NCBI GenBank assembly: GCA_045587545.1 | Contig: JAZNCN010000021.1 | Span: 6,078-70,077 of the forward strand | Reading direction: 5' to 3' | DNA: 64,000 nucleotides | Source: Candidatus Caccoplasma sp. | Lineage (GTDB): Bacteria > Bacteroidota > Bacteroidia > Bacteroidales > G3-4614 | Shown here: positions 37,699-46,659 of the stretch, piece after piece | How the letters are laid out: each line of letters begins with the position of its first letter | Numbering within the stretch: position 1 is the first letter of the stretch | Made by a program: the position numbers and the translations under genes | The notes under the pieces: model-generated | The model's input: the letters and a program-made list of their open reading frames with translations, nothing else | Database searches by the model: none | What the model was told of the DNA's origin: nothing

Positions 37699-38604
37699 AT
37701 GCCTAATAAAGAGATTAATCTGATAAAAAAATACAAATCTTATTTAAGATTGGAGAAGGGGTTGTCCGAGAATAGTATCTGCGGATATATAAACGATTTA
37801 AATAAACTGTTGGATTTTTTAAACACCTCAGAATATAGTACAAAAACATTTGAAGAGGCTGATATTTTGCAATTCTTATGCATGCTAAACGATATGGGTA
37901 TTTGCGCCAGATCGCAAGCAAGAATTTTATCGGGGATAAAATCGTTTTATAAATTTTTAATCATTGATGAGTATATAAAGGTTAATCCCCTTTTAAATAT
38001 AGAATCTCCCAAACTTGGCAGACACCTCCCTGAAGTATTGACTATTGAGGAGATAGATATGATTTCAAACAGTTTTGATATGTCGCTTCCCGAAAGCCAT
38101 AGGAACAAGGCAATAATAGAGGTAATGTACGGATGCGGACTAAGAGTTTCAGAACTTGTAAATCTCAAATTATCATCAATTTACCCCGACGAAGGCTATA
38201 TAATAGTTGAAGGGAAAGGACGAAAACAGAGAATTGTTCCCATATCGGACATTGCCATTAAAGAGATAAAACTCTATTTGAATATTCGTAAAAATCTTAA
38301 CATCAAAAAGGGGTGCGAAGATTTTATATTTTTAAACAGAAGGGGTGGACAACTATCGCGTGTTATGGTTTTTTATATTATAAAAAAAGCTTGCGAAGAG
38401 TGCAATATCAAAAAGAACATAAGCCCCCACACTCTAAGACACACATTTGCCACACACCTACTTGAGGGTGGAGCTAACCTTAGAGCCATTCAGCAGATGC
38501 TGGGACACGAAAGTATATCTACCACTGAAATTTACATTCATCTTGACAGAGCTTTCCTAAAGCAGGAGATATTGTCGCATCACCCAAGAAACAACAAATG
38601 TTAA
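37699..38604 (+). CDS. xerD: Site-specific tyrosine recombinase XerD (chromosome dimer resolution type)
   Basis: 301 aa. Catalytic-region motifs are GLRVSEL and HTLRHTFATHLLEGGANLRAIQQMLGHESISTTEIY. It is divergent from aroQ and has no flanking mobile-element genes. Confidence 0.85.
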   Translation: MPNKEINLIKKYKSYLRLEKGLSENSICGYINDLNKLLDFLNTSEYSTKTFEEADILQFLCMLNDMGICARSQARILSGIKSFYKFLIIDEYIKVNPLLNIESPKLGRHLPEVLTIEEIDMISNSFDMSLPESHRNKAIIEVMYGCGLRVSELVNLKLSSIYPDEGYIIVEGKGRKQRIVPISDIAIKEIKLYLNIRKNLNIKKGCEDFIFLNRRGGQLSRVMVFYIIKKACEECNIKKNISPHTLRHTFATHLLEGGANLRAIQQMLGHESISTTEIYIHLDRAFLKQEILSHHPRNNKC

Positions 38605-38709
38605 GCATATTTTTTGTTATATTTCTAAGGTCTGAAGATATGCTCGGCTAAATACAATAAAGTATAATATAAAATTATTATTGTTATTAATTCAAAAAAA
38701 TGAAATCAA

Positions 38710-38743
38710 TTTGATGTTATTTGCCAAAATTGAAGTATATTTG
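38710..38743 (+). promoter_or_regulatory. Candidate promoter for the TPR lipoprotein gene
   Basis: TTTG at 38710-38713, a 22-nt spacer, then TATATTTG at 38736-38743. The spacer is 1 nt longer than the usual 19-21 nt. Confidence 0.35.
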
Positions 38744-38869
38744 TGCAATAATATAAACTTTTTTAACGTATTACTTGTATTTTAAATTAAAAAACACAAC
38801 ATATAATACTTTATTTCAGACGATTAAGAGAATTTTTAATTATACTAACAAACCAAAAGTAAATTAACT

Positions 38870-40555
38870 ATGAACAAAAAATTTTATTTACCCTTATTGT
38901 TTGCTATCGTAATAGCAATCGCAGGATGTAAAATGGGGGATATCTCATCAGAGAATTTCTCTGTTAATCCTAATCCCCTTGAAGTAGTAGGCGGAAAGGT
39001 TGATGCTACAATCACCGGTGTTTTCCCCGAAAAATACTTCAAGAAAAAAGTTACTGTAACTGTTACTCCTTACTTAGTGTATGCTGATGGAGAGACTGCA
39101 GGTACTCCTTTTGTTTACCAAGGAGAGAAAATAGTTGGTAACAACCAAGAGATTTCGTACAAATTGGGTGGAACTATCACAATGCCCGTGTCATTTGACT
39201 ATGTTCCCGCAATGAAAAAATCTGAATTATGGTTAGGTTTTGAGGTAACTAACAAAAAAGGCACAAAAACTTATTCTCTAGAGAGAATCAAAGTTGCTGA
39301 TGGAATTATTGCTACTGCAGAACTTGCTGATGTAAACAAAGTAAAACCGGCTATTGCAGCTGACGCTTTCCAACGCATCATAAACGAAACTTGCAATGCT
39401 GACATCATGTTCCTTATCCAACAAGCTAATATCCGCTCAAAACAACTTAAGAGCGAAGAGATGGAGGCTTTGAAAGCTAAAGTAAACGAAACTAAATCTG
39501 ACGACAGAAAAGAGTTGAAAGGTATTGAAATTTCTTCATACGCTTCTCCTGACGGTGGTTACGAACTTAACTACAAACTTGCTGAGAAACGTGAGGACAA
39601 CACAATGTCATACCTTAACAAACAACTTAAAAAAGACACTATCGCTACTGAGGTAACCGGTAAATTTACTGCTCAAGATTGGGACGGTTTCAAAACTTTA
39701 GTTGAGAAATCAAATATCCAAGACAAAGAGCTTATCCTTCGTGTTCTTTCAATGTACAACGACCCAGCTCAACGTGAGAAAGAGATCAAAAACATGTCAA
39801 GCACTTTCAAAGTTCTTGCAGAAGAGATTCTTCCTCAATTACGTTACTCAAGAATTACAGCAAGCATTGACCTAATTGGTAAATCAGACGAAGAGATTAT
39901 GGCTCTTGTAGCAACTGATCCTAAAGAGTTGTCATTAGAAGAAATTCTTTACGCTGGAACTCTAACAAACGATAAAGATCAACAACTTTACATCTATGCT
40001 AAAGCTGCTGAATACTTCCCTAACGACTATCGCGCATTCAACAATGCTGGTATGGTTTGCTTTGAGATGGGTAACTTCTCTGATGCTAATGCATGGTTTG
40101 AGAAAGCTGCAAAAATTTCAGCTAACTCTGCTCAAGTTCAAATGAACCAAGGTCTTATCGCTCTTAAAGAGGGTAACCAAGAAAAAGCTGCTCAATGCTT
40201 CGGTAATGCTGCTGCATTAGAGGAGACAAAAGAGGCTACAGGTGTTCTTTACTTAGAGCAAGGTGACTATCAAAAAGCTGTTAAAGCATTTGGTGAGTCT
40301 AAAACAAACAATGCCGCTTTAGCTCAAATATTAGTTAAAGATTATGCAAAAGCTCAAAGCACTCTTGATGCTGTTGCAAATCCTGATGCTATGACTTTCT
40401 ACCTAAAAGCAGTTATCGGTGCTCGCACAAATAACGAAAGCAACCTTTCTAAAAATCTTCGCCAAGCTGTAAGCATTGACGAAAGTTTGAAAGCTGCTGC
40501 TGCAACCGATATTGAATTTGCAAACTACGATATCACAGGTATCATCGCAGAATAA
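38870..40555 (+). CDS. Lipoprotein with an OmpA-like segment and C-terminal TPR repeats
   Basis: 561 aa with lipobox AIAGC. EISSYASPDGGYELNYKLAEKREDNTMSYL resembles the OmpA-C-like motif. TPR-like repeats occur in residues ~380-520 (AEYFPNDYRAFNNAGMVCFEMGNFSDANAWFEKA...). Confidence 0.55.
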   Translation: MNKKFYLPLLFAIVIAIAGCKMGDISSENFSVNPNPLEVVGGKVDATITGVFPEKYFKKKVTVTVTPYLVYADGETAGTPFVYQGEKIVGNNQEISYKLGGTITMPVSFDYVPAMKKSELWLGFEVTNKKGTKTYSLERIKVADGIIATAELADVNKVKPAIAADAFQRIINETCNADIMFLIQQANIRSKQLKSEEMEALKAKVNETKSDDRKELKGIEISSYASPDGGYELNYKLAEKREDNTMSYLNKQLKKDTIATEVTGKFTAQDWDGFKTLVEKSNIQDKELILRVLSMYNDPAQREKEIKNMSSTFKVLAEEILPQLRYSRITASIDLIGKSDEEIMALVATDPKELSLEEILYAGTLTNDKDQQLYIYAKAAEYFPNDYRAFNNAGMVCFEMGNFSDANAWFEKAAKISANSAQVQMNQGLIALKEGNQEKAAQCFGNAAALEETKEATGVLYLEQGDYQKAVKAFGESKTNNAALAQILVKDYAKAQSTLDAVANPDAMTFYLKAVIGARTNNESNLSKNLRQAVSIDESLKAAAATDIEFANYDITGIIAE

Positions 40556-40579
40556 TTATTTAATCATTAAATAGTTTTT

Positions 40580-40612
40580 GAGGGTGTCTATTGCAGACAC
40601 CCTCTTTTTTTT
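40580..40612 (+). terminator. Rho-independent terminator
   Basis: GAGGGTGTCT (40580-40589), loop ATTGC, then AGACACCCTC (40595-40604), followed by T8 (40605-40612). Confidence 0.8.
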
Positions 40613-40709
40613 AAGAGTTTATGTGATTTTTTATAAAACCTATAAACTTTTTCTTGATTATATCAATTATAATAGGTAACTTGCAACGATTTTAAACTCT
40701 TTTATTAAT

Positions 40710-41786
40710 ATGAAAAAAATAAACTCTATTGTTGAAAACTTTGCCATTGAGGGGAAGGTTTCTGAGATAAAACCTCTTGGTAATGGACTTATAAATACTA
40801 CATATGCAGTTATAACTGACGGTGATAATGACAACTATGTTTTACAATGCATAAATCATAATATTTTTAAAGATGTAGAAATGTTGCAAAACAACATTGA
40901 CGCTATCACCAAGCAAATTGAAAAGAAACTTATAGAGAAGGGCGAAAGCGATATAAAACGTAAAACCCTACGAACTATACCAACAAAAGATGGCAAACTT
41001 TACTATTTTGATGGAGAGACCTATTGGCGTGTTACTATTTTAATCCCTGATGCTGTAACTTTTGAAAGCGTTACTCCCGAACTAGCATATCAAACAGGAC
41101 TGGCTTTTGGAGACTTCCAATATATGCTATCAGAACTCCCCGAACCTCTTGGCGAAACCATTCCCGATTTTCACAACATGGAGTTCAGATTAAAACAGTT
41201 TGACGAAGCTATAGAGAATGATAAAGCCGGACGAGTTGAGTCAATGATGGAGATTATTGAAGAGATTGATGACAGACGCGAAGAGATGTGCAAAGTACAA
41301 CAACTCTTCCGTGAAGGTAAATTTCCCAAGCGTATAACTCATTGCGATACCAAGGTTAATAATATTCTTTTTGACAAAGAGGGTAAAATACTATGTGTTA
41401 TTGATTTGGACACTACGATGCCGGGCTTTGTGCTTTCTGACTTTGGAGACTTTATGCGCACTGCCGGTAATAAAGGAAAAGAAGACGATACCGATTTAAG
41501 TGCTGTAGGTATTGACATGGAGATATTTAAAGCTTTTGCAAAAGGCTACATTGAAAGCGCCGGAAAGTTTCTAACTCCTATTGAAAAAGAGATGCTTCCA
41601 TACGGAGCGAAACTGCTAACATATATGCAAACCGTAAGATTCTTGACTGACTACCTGAATGGTGATACATATTATAAAATACAATATCCCGAACACAACA
41701 AGCAACGCACTCTTGCTCAATTTAAGCATTTAAGAAGTATTGAAGAGCATGAAGAGGAGATGAATAACTATATTGCTACTTTATAA
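40710..41786 (+). CDS. APH-fold sugar kinase, N-acetylhexosamine 1-kinase (NahK)-like
   Basis: 358 aa. FAIEGKVSEIKPLGNGLINTTYAV, AFGDFQYML, ITHCDTKVNNILFD, IDLDTTMPGFVLSDFGDFMR and YPEHNKQRT line up with my recollection of Bifidobacterium NahK motifs. This needs an alignment to confirm. Confidence 0.6.
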   Translation: MKKINSIVENFAIEGKVSEIKPLGNGLINTTYAVITDGDNDNYVLQCINHNIFKDVEMLQNNIDAITKQIEKKLIEKGESDIKRKTLRTIPTKDGKLYYFDGETYWRVTILIPDAVTFESVTPELAYQTGLAFGDFQYMLSELPEPLGETIPDFHNMEFRLKQFDEAIENDKAGRVESMMEIIEEIDDRREEMCKVQQLFREGKFPKRITHCDTKVNNILFDKEGKILCVIDLDTTMPGFVLSDFGDFMRTAGNKGKEDDTDLSAVGIDMEIFKAFAKGYIESAGKFLTPIEKEMLPYGAKLLTYMQTVRFLTDYLNGDTYYKIQYPEHNKQRTLAQFKHLRSIEEHEEEMNNYIATL

Positions 41787-41807
41787 TAGAAGTTCAAAAC
41801 CATGCAA

Positions 41808-41847
41808 AAACAAATAACCATCAAGATGACTTGATGGTTATTTGTTT
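41808..41847. terminator. 18-bp hairpin between the convergent kinase gene and dnaX
   Basis: AAACAAATAACCATCAAG (41808-41825), loop ATGA, then CTTGATGGTTATTTGTTT (41830-41847). The right arm abuts the dnaX stop codon. Confidence 0.7.
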
Positions 41848-43604
41848 TATGAAATTTCCAAATCAAATTCTTTATATAGGGTAACGAGATTAGGATTCTG
41901 TTCTACCATGTAATTGAGTTTGTCAAGAGGAGAATATATTGTTTGCTTCTCAGTCATCTCTTTTTCCTCAATCAGAATATCAATCTTGCCATTAAATAGC
42001 TTCTTTCTTAAATATGGCAAAAGCAAGTCGCAATGCTCTTTTAATCGCTGATGCTGATCGGCATTTGTAACCTCAACTTTAAACTTAAAGTTTTGGAGCA
42101 ACTGCGGTTTAGAGTTTTTCATAGCATTTACAAGGATTGTCTCTGTTGGAATGAGTTTAATATATTCATTCCACGCCTCCTGTAATTGATTTTGTGTAAA
42201 AGGGTCAGACCTGTCTTGCATTGCATCTGATTCTGCACTACTTTGCGTCTCCCCTCTCTTTATATGCGTAATAGAGATTGTGCCTGCTTTTTTTAGCGGC
42301 ATTGTAGATTCAGAAATAGGACGAATTGATACGGTTTTATCTAAATTTATTGAAACACTCTTTTTATTATTATCCGCTACTATGGGCAAAGTTTTATTTA
42401 TTGGAGAAGTTGTCTCTTGCGTTGAAGTTGTAGCGATAGGAGCATCTGTGGCAATTGAGAGGAGAGGCTCCTCCTCCCACCAATCAACATCTATCTGGTC
42501 AGATTTTTTTTTTTGATTGAACTGACTCATTTTTATGAGTGAAAGTTCAACTAAAAGTCGTTTATTACCACTTGCTTTATAATTAAAATCGCAAGTATTG
42601 GAGATATCAATTGCTTTATACAAGAACTCATTCGTACATTTTGCGGCTTGATCTTTATATTTAGCGGCTACCCCTTCTCCTACTTGTAATAAAGTTATTG
42701 TTGATGGATCTTTACATACCAATAGGTCGCGCAGATGATTACTTAATCCTGTTATAAAATATTGTGCTTCAAATCCACCTTTTAAGACCTCATCAAAAAT
42801 AAGGAGTGCTTCCGGAACTTTTCCCTCCAAGAAAGCTTCTACAAGTTTGAAATAGTAGTCATAATCAAGCAAATTAAGATTGGCAATTACACTCTTATAT
42901 GTTACATTACCACCAGAATATGATGCCATTTGATCAAAAACAGAGAGCGCATCTCTCATTCCTCCATCACTCTTTTGAGCTATTACGGATAGTGCCTCTT
43001 CTTCAAATGTTATCCCCTCACTCTGCGCTACATATTTCAAATGATCGACTATGTCGGTTATTGATATTCGTTGAAAATCATATATTTGACATCGCGATAA
43101 AATAGTAGGTAATATTTTGTGTTTTTCGGTAGTTGCAAGAATAAACAGGGCATGTTGAGGTGGCTCTTCAAGGGTTTTAAGAAACGCATTGAATGCTGCT
43201 TGAGACAACATATGAACCTCATCTATGATAAATACTTTGTATTTACCCAATTGAGGGGGTATGCGAACTTGATCAATAAGAGATCGGATATCCTCCACCG
43301 AATTATTTGATGCGGCATCTAATTCATGGATATTATATGAACGACCCTCGTTAAATGATTGACACGATTCGCAACAATTACATGCCTCGCCTTCGGGTGT
43401 TGGATTACTACAATTTATTGATTTGGCAAATATCCTGGCACATGTTGTTTTCCCGACACCTCGGGGACCACAAAAAAGATAGGCATGCGCAAGCCTATTT
43501 GAGTGAATAGCATTTTTTAAAGTATGGGTCAACGATTTTTGACCTACAACAGACATAAATGTTGTAGGACGATATTTCCGTGCCGATACTATATAATTTT
43601 CCAC
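41847..43604 (-). CDS. dnaX: DNA polymerase III subunit tau/gamma
   Basis: 585 aa. Motifs are Walker A GPRGVGKTT, the zinc module CNCCESC, IIDEVHML and SRCQ. The first codon in the track is GTG (cac at 43602-43604). Confidence 0.95.
   Translation of the reverse strand: MENYIVSARKYRPTTFMSVVGQKSLTHTLKNAIHSNRLAHAYLFCGPRGVGKTTCARIFAKSINCSNPTPEGEACNCCESCQSFNEGRSYNIHELDAASNNSVEDIRSLIDQVRIPPQLGKYKVFIIDEVHMLSQAAFNAFLKTLEEPPQHALFILATTEKHKILPTILSRCQIYDFQRISITDIVDHLKYVAQSEGITFEEEALSVIAQKSDGGMRDALSVFDQMASYSGGNVTYKSVIANLNLLDYDYYFKLVEAFLEGKVPEALLIFDEVLKGGFEAQYFITGLSNHLRDLLVCKDPSTITLLQVGEGVAAKYKDQAAKCTNEFLYKAIDISNTCDFNYKASGNKRLLVELSLIKMSQFNQKKKSDQIDVDWWEEEPLLSIATDAPIATTSTQETTSPINKTLPIVADNNKKSVSINLDKTVSIRPISESTMPLKKAGTISITHIKRGETQSSAESDAMQDRSDPFTQNQLQEAWNEYIKLIPTETILVNAMKNSKPQLLQNFKFKVEVTNADQHQRLKEHCDLLLPYLRKKLFNGKIDILIEEKEMTEKQTIYSPLDKLNYMVEQNPNLVTLYKEFDLEIS
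42504..42514 (-). other. Candidate recoding site: A11 run in dnaX (codons 364-367)
   Basis: The minus strand reads CAA AAA AAA AAA TCT. The -1 frame gives ATC TGA. The +1 frame gives AAT CTG ACC AGA TAG. See the finding. Confidence 0.5.
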
Positions 43605-43677
43605 TCCTTTTATCTTTTTTTGCTATTCGCGAAGTTACTATTTTTTTAGCAATTTCACAATATATTTACCCCTATTT

Positions 43678-44145
43678 CTACATTGAAAACGAGAAAGGCA
43701 TAAAGGTTTTTGCCGACTCGGCAACATAAACATCTTCTCCTGCCGATATTAATACACGTATGGGAGAATTCTGACGCTTTTCATACTCCATCATAACTTG
43801 CCTGCATGCCCCACAAGGGAATGATAAAGCAACATTATCTCTGTTCTTGTCGTACGCCACTATCGCTATTGAACATATTCGCTCATTTGGATTTTGCGCA
43901 GATGCGGAATATAACGCAACCCTTTCTGCACACATTCCTGAGGGAAAGGCTTCGTTTTCCTGATTATTTCCAATAACGATATTACCATTTGATAATAATA
44001 CTGCACTTCCCACTCTAAAGTTTGAATATGGCGCATACGCTCCTTGTTCAGCCTCTATTGATAACTCTATGAGTTTTTTATCCTCTTCTGATAGTTGAGA
44101 ATAAGTGTAAATTGTTATCTTTGCAACTTCAGTTATTTCACGCAT
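43678..44145 (-). CDS. cdd: Cytidine deaminase
   Basis: 155 aa. The zinc ligand motifs are CAERVAL and PCGACRQ. Confidence 0.9.
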   Translation of the reverse strand: MREITEVAKITIYTYSQLSEEDKKLIELSIEAEQGAYAPYSNFRVGSAVLLSNGNIVIGNNQENEAFPSGMCAERVALYSASAQNPNERICSIAIVAYDKNRDNVALSFPCGACRQVMMEYEKRQNSPIRVLISAGEDVYVAESAKTFMPFSFSM

Positions 44146-44172
44146 GACATTAATTTTTATTTTGCTAAGATA

Positions 44173-45108
44173 ATGAATTTTATTTCAATTTTTAAACAGA
44201 TACCATATTATATATCATTTTTTGCAATCATAGTTTTTGTTGCATCTATACCGGAAGATATTTATGCTCAATCTCAGAATAAAACTTATTTGATTTATAT
44301 TGATAAATTCAAAGATGAGGCTATGCGACAACAAAAAAGATATAAAATTCCTGCAAGTATCACTTTAGCTCAAGGACTTTTAGAGTCTGGTGCCGGTAAT
44401 GGCGAGTTGGCAAGAAAATCAAACAACCACTTTGGAATTAAATGCCACGGTGTATGGCAAGGTGAGAAGGTATATTACGATGATGATGAAAAGGGTGAAT
44501 GTTTTAGAAAATATGACGACCCTATGCAGTCGTACGAGGACCACTCGCTTTTTTTAACTTCTCGTTCAAGATATGCAGAACTCTTTAATCTTAAAATTAC
44601 CGATTACAGAGGTTGGGCTGTAGGTCTTAAAAAGTGCGGATATGCTACCGACAAAGCTTATGCAAGTAAGTTAATTGGTATTATAGAGCTATACAATCTT
44701 AACAAATATGATCTGCAGGCTTTAAAAAAGGGCAAAAAAAGTCAAGAAAATATTAACCCTCACACTCCCTATATCTCATGGGGACTACTCTATATCGAAG
44801 CCAAAGAGGGGGATACTTTTGAAAGTATAAGTAATGAATTTGGTATTAAACGGAGAAAACTTGCAAAATATAACGAACTTCCTAAAAATCACACATTCAA
44901 AGAGGGAGAGATTATATATCTACAAGAAAAGAACAAGTACTCTAAAAAAGGGTATAAATACCATATAGTTAAAGATGGCGAATCGCTACATTCTATTGCT
45001 CAAAAATATGGCATGAAATTATCAAATATTTATGCACTAAACCGTAAATACGATAGTTGGATACCGAACGTTGGTGATAAAATACAACTTAACAGAAGGC
45101 GTAAATAA
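44173..45108 (+). CDS. Peptidoglycan hydrolase: glucosaminidase (FlgJ-like) domain + two LysM domains
   Basis: ASITLAQGLLESGAGNGELARKSNNHFGIKC is the glucosaminidase motif. The LysM repeats are YIEAKEGDTFESISNEFGI and YHIVKDGESLHSIAQKYGM. I place the start at the Met at 44173. The track start at 44095 would overlap cdd. Confidence 0.8.
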   Translation: MNFISIFKQIPYYISFFAIIVFVASIPEDIYAQSQNKTYLIYIDKFKDEAMRQQKRYKIPASITLAQGLLESGAGNGELARKSNNHFGIKCHGVWQGEKVYYDDDEKGECFRKYDDPMQSYEDHSLFLTSRSRYAELFNLKITDYRGWAVGLKKCGYATDKAYASKLIGIIELYNLNKYDLQALKKGKKSQENINPHTPYISWGLLYIEAKEGDTFESISNEFGIKRRKLAKYNELPKNHTFKEGEIIYLQEKNKYSKKGYKYHIVKDGESLHSIAQKYGMKLSNIYALNRKYDSWIPNVGDKIQLNRRRK

Positions 45109-45182
45109 TCAGAGAGGATATTTTCAGAGAATAAAACTCAGATTTTATCTGCTTTCTCTAAAAAAAGAATAAATATAAAAAT

Positions 45183-45217
45183 AAGAGGGTTCGCTTCATT
45201 TATTTGCAAACCCTCTT
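45183..45217. terminator. Hairpin between convergent genes
   Basis: AAGAGGGTT (45183-45191), a 17-nt loop, then AACCCTCTT (45209-45217), followed by ATTTTTAT. Confidence 0.55.
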
Positions 45218-45240
45218 ATTTTTATAATTTAGAATCAGTT

Positions 45241-46650
45241 CTAAATATCATTATGCAATACTCTGCTTCCAAAATTAAAGCTAATACCCATTGAGGCATT
45301 TACATGGAATTTGTTAATGGGGGCATAATAGTCGGGGGTTACTTTTAGCCCGGGATAACAATCAATTCCTGCAAATAAATCAAATCCTCTTAATCCTACG
45401 TTAAATAATGTGCCAAAAGAGCCTCCCATATTTGATATAGTACCATTTATGGTCATCATAAATATCTTTTTTGTTCTGAAATTCACTGCCAACATTCCTT
45501 CTGCATAGGTCTCCTTTCCGAAACGGGTATGCGACAACACTCCTAAAGATATTGCATTATTCAAGAACGAATATTCAGCACCGATATTTAATGATGCTTT
45601 TAACATTGATGTTGATCTGCTCTTTTGAACTTCTCTAAAATCAACAAGGTCCGCAAAAGTTTCTCCTATGTCTTCTAAATCTTCATCTGCACCGGTATTT
45701 ATTCCTTCATATATAACCTCGTCATTTATGGTCTCAAGTGATTTATTATGCCTCCAAGTTATAAAGCCTAAGTCAACGATTGATGCAGAAATTTCAAGGT
45801 TTTTAAGTGGACGATATGTTACTCCCAAATCAAGAGCCAATCCTCCTCCTGCAACACCCAAGTCTGAACTATCAAAGTCAACTCCATCAACAATCTCCTG
45901 AGGCTCTCCTTTTGAATTTTTCGCTATGGTATTCTCCAACTCTACCCCACGAACAGAGATATCGGCATGACCTTTACTATTAACTATCCATTGAGATGTT
46001 GCGTCGTTCATTGTTATGTGCATACGGTCAATATTGACGTTGGCTCTTGCCAAACCTATCAAACCTTTTAACTTCGCACCTACTCTCCACTTCTCATTAA
46101 TATTACGAGAATGACCTAAAGCAATATCAACATAACTTGTTGCATTTGCATTTATATCTTCAATCTCGTATGTAGTACCTCCATTTGTTGTTTGACGACC
46201 GACTTTTAGAAACTCAAATATCTCTTTAGGCATTTGAACTCCAAAGCGAGTTCTTAACGAAACATCAAACGTATTGAATCCTTTCCACTTGTAAAATCCA
46301 AATGACAAGAGAGAGAGATCCAACTCTGCTACAATCTTATTTTGGGATTTTAAACTGCCAAGAAACTCTTTTGAATCAACCGCTTTGTCTAAAAAGTTCA
46401 TAATCTCTCCACCACCAGTAGGATATAAGAATGTTGAGACTCCTACATTACTGCTTGCACCAACATTAATATCTCCTAGCATCGGCATTGAGACATATCC
46501 ATATTCACTTGCAAGTGCAGGATTTAATTTATGACGTGTGGGCATTCCTTCCATAAAGTATGCCGAATGTGTTGTTTGTGCTATACCCGGTAATACGCAT
46601 ATAAGAAATATTACCTGTATAAATATTTTCAAAATACTCTTTTTCATCAT
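45241..46650 (-). CDS. Predicted outer-membrane beta-barrel protein of unknown function (possibly DUF5723-like)
   Basis: 469 aa with a signal peptide (LICVLPGIAQ). The mature N-terminus is HSAYFMEGMPTRHKLNPA. It has Gly/aromatic-rich alternating strands throughout. It starts 9 nt after the stop of the upstream lipoprotein gene. The DUF name is a recollection only. Confidence 0.5.
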   Translation of the reverse strand: MMKKSILKIFIQVIFLICVLPGIAQTTHSAYFMEGMPTRHKLNPALASEYGYVSMPMLGDINVGASSNVGVSTFLYPTGGGEIMNFLDKAVDSKEFLGSLKSQNKIVAELDLSLLSFGFYKWKGFNTFDVSLRTRFGVQMPKEIFEFLKVGRQTTNGGTTYEIEDINANATSYVDIALGHSRNINEKWRVGAKLKGLIGLARANVNIDRMHITMNDATSQWIVNSKGHADISVRGVELENTIAKNSKGEPQEIVDGVDFDSSDLGVAGGGLALDLGVTYRPLKNLEISASIVDLGFITWRHNKSLETINDEVIYEGINTGADEDLEDIGETFADLVDFREVQKSRSTSMLKASLNIGAEYSFLNNAISLGVLSHTRFGKETYAEGMLAVNFRTKKIFMMTINGTISNMGGSFGTLFNVGLRGFDLFAGIDCYPGLKVTPDYYAPINKFHVNASMGISFNFGSRVLHNDI

Positions 46651-46659
46651 CTTCTGCTT

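Noticed and set aside
37699-38604. Tyrosine recombinase as a possible marker of an integrative mobile element
   Set aside because: The sequence looks like housekeeping XerD. It is divergent from aroQ and flanked by core genes. There are no att-like repeats, excisionase, mobilisation or cargo genes around it.
42450-42476. GC-rich hairpin (GAGGAG-CCT-CTCCTC) downstream of the dnaX A-run as a ribosomal frameshift stimulator
   Set aside because: It starts about 31 nt after the slippery run. That is much farther than the few nucleotides typical of -1 frameshift stimulatory structures. If recoding occurs here, transcriptional slippage on A11 is the more plausible mechanism.
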